A stretch of 12,959 bases of DNA from a virus. Under the pieces are notes generated by a model, which was given only the letters and a program-made list of their open reading frames with translations, searched no databases and was not told where the DNA came from. The DNA lies in IMG/VR virus record IMGVR_UViG_3300045988_138394, one strand, 5' to 3'. Shown piece by piece: positions 6,565 to 12,743 of this stretch. The translations under genes were made by a program, and so were the position numbers. Position 1 is the stretch's first letter; the number at the start of each line of letters is the position of its first letter.

Positions 6565-7394
6565 TTAACAAATATCCATATACAAATTATCAAGACATAA
6601 ATCTCGATTGGCTGCTCCGCAAAGCTGGCGACATTGACAAGGTATCAATCATCGCCAACAATGCAGCAAATAGCGCAGTTAACAGCGCCGCCGAGGCTAA
6701 AGCGGCAGCCACAAACGCCGCCAACAGTGCGGCGGCAGCTGAAGCGACAGCCAACACGTTAGAGCCGCGTATTGCCGCCGCGACCGCAGAAGCGACAGCC
6801 GAGGCTAAAGCGGCAGCCACAAACGCCGCCAACAGTGCGGCGGCAGCTGAAGCGACAGCCAACACGTTAGAGCCGCGTATTGCCGCCGCGACCGCAGAAG
6901 CGACAGCCGAAGCTAAAGCAGCGGCCACAAACGCCGCCAACAGTGCGGCGGCGGCTGAAAACAGTGCAACCGAGGCCAAACAGGCCGCTGCAAGCGTCCC
7001 GTCTCTTTTGGATGTGCTCAAAGCTGTTTATCCCGTGGGAGCGTTTTATATCTCCGCTACGGCAACCTCGCCGCGTGCTGTGTTTGGGTTTGGCACTTGG
7101 ACGCAAATCAAGGATAGATTTATCCTTGCTGCTGGTGATACTTACCCGGCGGCAAGCAGTGGAGGCGAGCCCGAGGTAACATTAACAACAGCACAGATGC
7201 CCAGTCATAATCACGGCTTGCCGCATCCTAACCAAGCAGGTGACATTACCGCGCCCATCGCGTTTTTTGTCGAATCTGATACAACTAAAACATTTGGAGC
7301 CGTCGCTTGTTATAGCAACAACGCGGGCGGCGGCGAGCCGCACAATAATATGCCCCCATATCTCGCGGCATACATTTGGCAGCGGACAGCATAA
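6561..7394 (+). CDS. Tail fibre / appendage with an Ala-rich repeat shaft and a tail-collar-type C-terminal receptor-binding domain
   Basis: ATGA overlap with the upstream gene. The C-terminal signatures GGEPEVTLTTAQMPSHNHG and GGGEPHNNMPPYLAAYIWQRTA match the (V/H)TLT..QMP.H.H ... GGG.PHNN..PY pattern of phage tail-collar / short-fibre receptor-binding domains (recollection). Confidence 0.75.
   Translation: MINKYPYTNYQDINLDWLLRKAGDIDKVSIIANNAANSAVNSAAEAKAAATNAANSAAAAEATANTLEPRIAAATAEATAEAKAAATNAANSAAAAEATANTLEPRIAAATAEATAEAKAAATNAANSAAAAENSATEAKQAAASVPSLLDVLKAVYPVGAFYISATATSPRAVFGFGTWTQIKDRFILAAGDTYPAASSGGEPEVTLTTAQMPSHNHGLPHPNQAGDITAPIAFFVESDTTKTFGAVACYSNNAGGGEPHNNMPPYLAAYIWQRTA
6693..6959 (+). 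repeat. 108-bp in-frame tandem repeat, about 2.5 copies, inside the fibre gene
   Basis: Copies at 6693-6800 and 6801-6908 read identically. A third partial copy from 6909 carries three synonymous changes and diverges after about 51 nt. The unit encodes EAKAAATNAANSAAAAEATANTLEPRIAAATAEATA. Confidence 0.95.
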
Positions 7395-7398
7395 AAAA

Positions 7399-7424
7399 GC
7401 ACCCCGGAGAAATCTCCGGGGTGT
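7399..7424. terminator. Bidirectional rho-independent terminator between the convergent operons
   Basis: CACCCCGGA (7400-7408) pairs with TCCGGGGTG (7415-7423). It is flanked by AAAAAA on the left, which gives a U6 tract for the minus-strand transcript, and by TTGCTT on the right. Confidence 0.8.
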
Positions 7425-7441
7425 TGCTTATGAAACGCGGG

Positions 7442-7777
7442 TCATACCAGTTCGCAGGTGATAAAGGTGCGTCCGGCTTTAGACTCACGCTTGATGACGC
7501 GAATGTCGTACGGTTCGCCGCTCATCAGTTCAGCGATGTACGCAAATTCATCTTTAAACGTGGGGGAGTTGGTCGTAAACACGTTTCCGGCCACGTCCTT
7601 GACAGCAAGGATTTCAACCTCATTGCCCTTGCTGTTGACGTCGGTATACAGCGCCCAAGCGTCGGGGGTGATTTCTGCGCCGTTGTCGACGTTCTTAAGA
7701 CTGATACTCTGACCTCTGGTCAGGGCGTAAATGTCGCGCTTGCTCATGTCGGCTTTGTTGGTGTTGATGATGTTCAT
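7442..7777 (-). CDS. Probable single-stranded DNA-binding protein (phi29 gp5-like)
   Basis: AAAGGAGA RBS, 111 aa. Length and pattern (SLKNVDNGAEI...A...Y.DV...G.....I.A....G..F.T.S..F...........E.....V......KAGRTFITCEL) resemble phi29 p5 (SFKNLPDGTIIEANAIAQYKQV...SSKGNVFFSLQL) from memory. The gene has its own strong promoter, as expected for an abundant protein. Confidence 0.5.
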   Translation of the reverse strand: MNIINTNKADMSKRDIYALTRGQSISLKNVDNGAEITPDAWALYTDVNSKGNEVEILAVKDVAGNVFTTNSPTFKDEFAYIAELMSGEPYDIRVIKRESKAGRTFITCELV

Positions 7778-7828
7778 TTGTGTTTCTCCTTTAAAATATT
7801 TTGTGTTCCCGTCCTTTCGGACAAGTCC

Positions 7829-7857
7829 ATTATAAGCCTGCGGCTGTTTTTTGTCAA
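7829..7857 (-). promoter_or_regulatory. Consensus sigma70/sigmaA promoter driving the SSB-like gene
   Basis: The minus strand reads TTGACA (7857-7852), a 17-nt spacer, then TATAAT (7834-7829). A GTCC-GAAA-GGAC hairpin follows in the leader. Confidence 0.75.
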
Positions 7858-7890
7858 GTTTCTTCTTTCACCGTTTACAATTTGTTTACA

Positions 7891-9888
7891 TTACCATTGT
7901 TTGCGCATATTGTCCAGCGTTTCGGCATCTGCTTGCATTATTGCCCGATAATCATCCGTAACACCAACGGTATACGTACTGTCATACAGATACGCATTAA
8001 TGCCTATTGGCAGCTCGCGCCCGTCTACATGATACACGCCGTATGGCTCGTCATTATATTTGATATCCAGCCCCGCAGCGGCGCGGAATACGAAGCCGTC
8101 GCGCAAGTTGGCAATGTCGCCCAACTCTGCCGCGCCTAGCTTTTTATTAACGCCTGACACTGTGATATGCAGTTGTTCATCGTCGCCGATATAGGCGTAT
8201 TTTTTCGCGCCGAGAGTTACAAATTTCTTACAATGTTTGTCAAATTCATAAACGCCTAAATAATGCCGTTCGCCGTTGATATCATCCGCATACGCACCAT
8301 TTCTAATGGCTGTCGCGCGGATTTCGGTATTTAAATCCGTAAAGTCAACGTCGCCGACAAAGTACACGCTATCTGTATCAGCATAGACAAATTGTTCGCC
8401 GCACAGGTCAATTGCCCGTTGCAGCCAATACCGCGCCCAAGCTGTAACCCACGCGCCCCATTGATAGGCGCAAAACGGTTTGCGCTGTCCCATTTCAAGC
8501 AGTTCCATTTCGGTTTTAAACTTGGGATGTTCCGGTAGGGGCGGCGCGAAGTCTGTTCCGTTAAACAAACAAGGCGTTCTAATAGGGTTCGTTGCCGTCA
8601 TACCGTATATACTGTTTAACTTGTTCTTCGACTTCATGTAAAACACGCCGTCCGGGTCTGCCTCGCTGTTGTTCTTTAATTCGGTTTTCCTGCGGTAATA
8701 GTCCATTGTAGTTTGTATCATGCCGTCAGGTAACACGCCGTATTCGCTGCACCAACAATCAACCACCGCAGCACTAGCCCACTTGTATTGCCTTTTAATG
8801 ATATCCAAGTCAATGTCAGTCACATACATAGTTAAGGTAGCCGCTTGCATTACGCGCCCGTTGTCTTGCCAACTATCAATTAGTCCGGTACACTTGTGCG
8901 CCGACACATACGGGCAGGGGTACATCAAGTCTTTCAGCTCAAAATGCGCGAACTCCACACGCGCCACATATGGAGTTTTACCGGGCAGCGCGTCAACTGT
9001 GGTTATATTGCGGCGCATAAATTTTTTAACAGGAAACGGCATATTAACAATAACATCGGGATAGCTGCTAGCCCTGTCATATGATGATACGTCCGACAAT
9101 ATTACACCGGCGTAAAATTTATTGGCGTGTGTGTTGCCGCCGCGAAACGCTCTGCGCAGCGCCACATATAAGTCATAGTCAGGTTGTATTACGCGCAAAT
9201 ACTTTGTATAGCTGTGCATTGCTCGTTTAAAGTCCCGACGCACATACCCCGTTGATGATATCGGTATTGTGGTTAATGTGTCGCCGTCTACTTGCATTAG
9301 CTTTTTTAACGCTTGCCACAGTCCGACAACATCTGCGGCGGCGTATTCAAGTTCACTTTCTGTTAACGCTGTCCATGGATAACGGCGTTTTTTATAGTCT
9401 AGTTCTGTCTTTTGCACTGGTACTTGCATTTTACGTAAAAACTCGCGCAACGACATGTTTGTCAGAAAGTAGCTGCAACGGAATTCAACATTGCCAATAT
9501 CAAACCGGACAGGCCGACGCGACTTTACCGCAAAAACATCTTCTTCGGTAAACGTTGCAATATTGCGTAAAAATTGGAACTCATACGCGGCATTATGTAT
9601 ATAGCAGACAAAACGCGCGTCGTTTGGTAATGCGTCGTTAATGTGATGCAGCGCGTCGGAAAACTCTCGCCACGTACGGCCAATAATCAACAACCCGTCA
9701 ATGCATAGTTGCCACACATACATAACGGCTTGTTCAATTTCTGGTATATTTGTCGTCTCAATGTCAAACGTTCCAAAAACTTCCACATAGCGGCGCTTTA
9801 GGTTTTTCGGCTTTCTTCCCGGCGCTAGCTTTTCTACGGCGGCGTTACTTATGACAGTATAATCAAAACTTGCCGCCGTATATATCAT
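7891..9888 (-). CDS. Family B DNA polymerase, protein-primed type (phi29 gp2-like)
   Basis: Exo I FDIETT, Exo II YIHNAAYEFQF, Exo III EYAAADV, motif A YDRASSYPD, motif B KNKLNSIYG, TAWARY, motif C VYADTDSVY and KxY GAKKYAY are all present in the canonical order. ATGA overlap with the upstream gene. Confidence 0.95.
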   Translation of the reverse strand: MIYTAASFDYTVISNAAVEKLAPGRKPKNLKRRYVEVFGTFDIETTNIPEIEQAVMYVWQLCIDGLLIIGRTWREFSDALHHINDALPNDARFVCYIHNAAYEFQFLRNIATFTEEDVFAVKSRRPVRFDIGNVEFRCSYFLTNMSLREFLRKMQVPVQKTELDYKKRRYPWTALTESELEYAAADVVGLWQALKKLMQVDGDTLTTIPISSTGYVRRDFKRAMHSYTKYLRVIQPDYDLYVALRRAFRGGNTHANKFYAGVILSDVSSYDRASSYPDVIVNMPFPVKKFMRRNITTVDALPGKTPYVARVEFAHFELKDLMYPCPYVSAHKCTGLIDSWQDNGRVMQAATLTMYVTDIDLDIIKRQYKWASAAVVDCWCSEYGVLPDGMIQTTMDYYRRKTELKNNSEADPDGVFYMKSKNKLNSIYGMTATNPIRTPCLFNGTDFAPPLPEHPKFKTEMELLEMGQRKPFCAYQWGAWVTAWARYWLQRAIDLCGEQFVYADTDSVYFVGDVDFTDLNTEIRATAIRNGAYADDINGERHYLGVYEFDKHCKKFVTLGAKKYAYIGDDEQLHITVSGVNKKLGAAELGDIANLRDGFVFRAAAGLDIKYNDEPYGVYHVDGRELPIGINAYLYDSTYTVGVTDDYRAIMQADAETLDNMRKQW

Positions 9889-10418
9889 TGATACATTCCC
9901 CCTTGTTTCTTGTATATGTCATAATTTGACCAAAAATCCGCTGCGCTGCTAGATTGCGAATTCTGATATACGTTAAAATCGCTTGCGGCGCGTTCACTGG
10001 ACACACCGCCCGGCGCGTACAGTCTCCACGCCCGCATAAAGTTTTCAAAAGTTTCAAGCTCCGGCGGCGTTAATGTCCGAGATAGTCGCTGTTCTATTTC
10101 CTTCAACCGCTTCCGGCTTTCCGTCACGGTTTTTTCCACGCGCAGTACTGACGCGGCGAAAACTAGGGCTTTTCCGACTGCTTTGTCATTGCCTGTCTTT
10201 TTCAGCGCCGTTGTCGTTGGTAGCGCCGCCCGAAGTTGGCTTGCCCGCTCCGGCGTAACAAAACCGGCTTTTTCAAGTCGCATCAAGCGCTTCATTTCCA
10301 CTCTGCGTAAACGACGGTATTCTTTTTCTATTTCTTCCGACGTCCGCGACGGATTAATATACGCGTAGTATGGTGTATATTCGCCCGCTTCAAAATTAAA
10401 CATTGCTTGTTTAGCCAA
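9885..10418 (-). CDS. Putative terminal protein (replication primer)
   Basis: The gene is immediately upstream of, and translationally coupled to, the protein-primed polymerase, as in phi29 gp3-gp2. It has a basic helical N-region (EKEYRRLRRVEMKRLMRLEK) and a Ser/Tyr-rich C-terminus. TTG start at 10418 with GGGGGG 9 nt upstream (one intervening T, then CTATTTAA); the alternative ATG is at 10403. I recognise no sequence motif. Confidence 0.5.
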   Translation of the reverse strand: MAKQAMFNFEAGEYTPYYAYINPSRTSEEIEKEYRRLRRVEMKRLMRLEKAGFVTPERASQLRAALPTTTALKKTGNDKAVGKALVFAASVLRVEKTVTESRKRLKEIEQRLSRTLTPPELETFENFMRAWRLYAPGGVSSERAASDFNVYQNSQSSSAADFWSNYDIYKKQGGMYQ

Positions 10419-11451
10419 TTAAATAGACCCCCCGGAAAAATGTTTTTGTTTCCACGTCGGAAAACAAAATCTCATGTCGTAAGTATGCGTCCCACAGCCA
10501 ATAATATTTTCGGCGCAGCGCTGTGCGCCCATCCGGGCTGTTGTTGTAAAGTTCCGGCGCTCCGGACACGTGCGCACACATGTAATAGCCGTTTCCGCTT
10601 TTGTGGCGGTACACACAGTACCCGCCACACGCAGCCACCGCAATATATTCGCCTAGTGGCTTTGCTGCTATGTCTGTATAGCTGTCGGCGGCAAAATCGT
10701 TTTCGATGGCCATTCGGGCAAAGTCCCCAGTTGTGACCGCGCGATATAGCGCCGTCGCCGACTTCATTCCGGCTATCGGGCTATCTTGCAGCAGCACAAC
10801 GGCAACGCCGCGCCGCTTGTCTATGTTGACCGATTGGCCGCGCCGGTGCATTGTTTCGATAGTCTTAATCAGCCCAAACGCTTGCAAGATTGCAGCGTCG
10901 TAGTTGTTCGCGTTGGCTAACATAACTAGCTTAATGGGCGGTTGTCCTTTTAACTCGCGGTTACGGTTGATTGATTCATACATGTTCAGTATTGCTGCGT
11001 CCTCATTCTTTATGCGGCGTTCGTGTACCTCTGGTATGCATTCGTCATACAGGATTATCTGACACTGTGACATATCAAACGACCTTGCATTACTGATTGT
11101 TGACAGCGCTAAAGTGTAGCCAACAGGCGCACCAAGAGGTTTTATTTTGCCGTCGTCCGCTGTCTCGCCGTGGTAGTATGCGCCGATATACTTATTCACA
11201 GCGGCAGCTGTGTATATCTCACCTCTATCTGCTGCTACGGGATTCAGCGGCATAAAATCCGGCTGCTGCACTAGCTCTTGCTGTGACGCTGTGCGGCGTA
11301 GGTAAATAAATGGCTGATAATTGTCTAGTACCTCGACAAATGCGCCGTAAGTCTTACCTGTTCCGCGCCCGCCTATACACAGGATAAAGGGCACGGGAAT
11401 GTTAATTATACTATGCATATCGGCATATCCGTTTTTGTTATATAGCTTCAT
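10411..11451 (-). CDS. DNA encapsidation ATPase (phi29 gp16-like)
   Basis: Walker A ILCIGGRGTGKTYGA, then FIYLRRT (phi29 FIYVRRY), Walker B IILYDECIPE (phi29 TIVFDEFIRE) and NRNRE...LANANN (phi29 FRNRER...LSNAVS). I prefer the start at ATG 11451 (MKLYNKNG...), which places Walker A at the same distance from the N-terminus as in gp16. The track's 11496 start adds 15 aa. Confidence 0.9.
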   Translation of the reverse strand: MKLYNKNGYADMHSIINIPVPFILCIGGRGTGKTYGAFVEVLDNYQPFIYLRRTASQQELVQQPDFMPLNPVAADRGEIYTAAAVNKYIGAYYHGETADDGKIKPLGAPVGYTLALSTISNARSFDMSQCQIILYDECIPEVHERRIKNEDAAILNMYESINRNRELKGQPPIKLVMLANANNYDAAILQAFGLIKTIETMHRRGQSVNIDKRRGVAVVLLQDSPIAGMKSATALYRAVTTGDFARMAIENDFAADSYTDIAAKPLGEYIAVAACGGYCVYRHKSGNGYYMCAHVSGAPELYNNSPDGRTALRRKYYWLWDAYLRHEILFSDVETKTFFRGVYLIG

Positions 11452-11668
11452 AATCAACGCCCACAATCTGGATAACACACGTATCCGGCACATCATCCGG
11501 CAACTTACCTATCGCCGTAAACTGTATGTTATTCGGCTGCTGTGGCATTTTATACAAAATGCCGTTAGCCGCTCTCCGCGCCGCCGCTAGTGTGTCTGCG
11601 ACGGCGTAACCTATGTACATAGCCGGGCGGCTATCCACGGTCGCGATAATGTTATATACTCTTTTCAT
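11438..11668 (-). CDS. Hypothetical early protein (76 aa)
   Basis: The ORF sits in operon polarity. Its ATG shares one nucleotide with the upstream stop (TAATG) and its 3' end overlaps the ATPase start by 14 nt. I recognise no motif. Confidence 0.6.
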   Translation of the reverse strand: MKRVYNIIATVDSRPAMYIGYAVADTLAAARRAANGILYKMPQQPNNIQFTAIGKLPDDVPDTCVIQIVGVDYEAI

Positions 11669-11853
11669 TAGCGCCGCACCTCAACATTTAACCAATTTTC
11701 TTTGTTGCGCGCAGTCCGCTCAATTATGCACCGCGCGGGCACTGCATATATTTTTTTGAATCCGTCCTCATTGACAACAAAATAGCGATAACCGCGACAG
11801 TCAATATATGATTCTGCACGTACGCGCGCCGCGAACTCAGATGTTATAACCAT
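11668..11853 (-). CDS. Small early protein, paralog B (about 61-62 aa)
   Basis: AGGGGG RBS, then ATGATG; the second ATG at 11853 has the better spacing. Collinear similarity to the 60-aa ORF at 12142..12324: I(T/S).EFA, YRY(F/I), C, NW..(L/V)EVR(R/A). Confidence 0.65.
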   Translation of the reverse strand: MVITSEFAARVRAESYIDCRGYRYFVVNEDGFKKIYAVPARCIIERTARNKENWLNVEVRR

Positions 11854-12145
11854 CATAATACCCCCTTATGCTTATACTTATTAAATGCTTTTCAATGTCA
11901 TTCAGTTTTATTCCGACTTCTTCGAGCACACGCTCGCCGAATGGTGTGACCGCCGCTACAAGCTCTAGCAACGTCGCGCTTGCTCCGCTAAGTGCTTCTT
12001 TAAGCTGTTGATAGCCCGTGCATCGTAATGCCGCGTTGTATAATTGGCGATATACAAAACCGTGATATACAATCCCTGCATTCTCAAGCTTTGCCGCCCA
12101 CTCGCCTAAATGGTCACGCCATTCGGCATATGACTTGTTTTTCAC
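11837..12145 (-). CDS. Hypothetical early protein (102 aa from a GTG start)
   Basis: GGAGGTG lies 6 nt upstream of GTG 12145, which overlaps the upstream stop as GTGA. The track's longer 122-aa version would overlap the upstream gene by 64 nt with no RBS. Confidence 0.6.
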   Translation of the reverse strand: MKNKSYAEWRDHLGEWAAKLENAGIVYHGFVYRQLYNAALRCTGYQQLKEALSGASATLLELVAAVTPFGERVLEEVGIKLNDIEKHLISISIRGYYDGYNI

Positions 12146-12324
12146 GCTCTCACCTCCAGACGCTCCCAATTGCACCAGTCCAAAGCAGCCGTCGTTCCGA
12201 CGCACTCAAGCGATATCCGCCAATAGTATTCGCTGCGATTGATGTATCTGTATCTTTTTGTGTCGTACACGCCTGTTTGAGTGCCGCTAATTTTCTTTGC
12301 GAATTCTTTAGATATTGTTTTCAT
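12142..12324 (-). CDS. Small early protein, paralog A (60 aa)
   Basis: AAAGGAGC RBS 6 nt upstream of the ATG. Paralogous to 11668..11853 (see that entry). Confidence 0.65.
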   Translation of the reverse strand: MKTISKEFAKKISGTQTGVYDTKRYRYINRSEYYWRISLECVGTTAALDWCNWERLEVRA

Positions 12325-12339
12325 TTGTTGCTCCTTTCT

Positions 12340-12359
12340 GGGCGGTTTAGCCGCCGCCC
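12340..12359 (-). other. GC-rich intercistronic hairpin sharing the AGGGCGGCGG 10-mer with the late-operon leader
   Basis: The minus strand reads AGGGCGGCGGCUAAACCGCCC, forming a GGGCGG/CCGCCC stem. No U tract follows. It lies between the first and second early genes. Confidence 0.4.
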
Positions 12360-12383
12360 TCCGGCTTGTTATTATTTTATAAG

Positions 12384-12668
12384 TTACACCGCTGTAGTGT
12401 CTTTACTGACAACGTTGTCGCAGTACAAGCCGCCAGACTTGTAAGCCCTTTTCATGCACCATAAAAATGTGTCCATCAAGTCGGCAAAGCGCGAATCTTC
12501 GGTGTAATATTCCGCAATGTCGCCATCTTCTGCGGTCAAATCGCCATAGTCTATATCATCGTCTACGACACCGCTTATAAACCATCCCTCTAGCACATCC
12601 TCATCATTAATTTGTCGTGCGATGTACTCCATTGCCTTTACCATTTTAACTCTTTCTTCTGTATTCAT
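12384..12668 (-). CDS. Strongly acidic first early protein (94 aa)
   Basis: AAGGAGAG RBS. This is the first gene downstream of the early promoter. I count about 22 Asp+Glu against about 9 Lys+Arg, with clusters DDDIDYGDLTAEDGDIAEYYTED. Confidence 0.7.
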   Translation of the reverse strand: MNTEERVKMVKAMEYIARQINDEDVLEGWFISGVVDDDIDYGDLTAEDGDIAEYYTEDSRFADLMDTFLWCMKRAYKSGGLYCDNVVSKDTTAV

Positions 12669-12697
12669 TTTTAAATTCTCTCCTTTGTTATTTTGTG

Positions 12698-12731
12698 ATT
12701 ATATATTACCACAAATATTCCCGAAAAACAA
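12698..12731 (-). promoter_or_regulatory. Candidate early promoter of the minus-strand operon
   Basis: The minus strand reads TTGTTT (12731-12726), a 17-nt spacer, then TAATAT (12708-12703). An overlapping TATAAT lies at 12703-12698. The site sits between the right ITR and the first early gene. Confidence 0.45.
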
Positions 12732-12743
12732 CAACAAAATAAT

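Noticed and set aside
6693-6959. The tandem repeats as a possible CRISPR array or satellite
   Set aside because: The units are contiguous with no spacers, are 108 bp long, lie in frame inside a CDS, and their differences are synonymous.
6590-7021. 143-aa Ala-rich minus-strand ORF and the 99-aa plus-strand alternate-frame ORF (6880..7179) in the fibre gene
   Set aside because: Both are kept open by the stop-poor 108-bp tandem repeat. Neither has an RBS, and the fibre frame has clear domain signatures.
7376-7951. 191-aa plus-strand ORF
   Set aside because: It runs antisense through the whole SSB-like gene, starts inside the fibre gene and crosses the bidirectional terminator and the consensus promoter. 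It has no RBS.
8720-9551. Plus-strand ORFs of 62-114 aa inside the polymerase gene
   Set aside because: They are antisense to a CDS with a full complement of polymerase motifs, and have no RBS or promoter.
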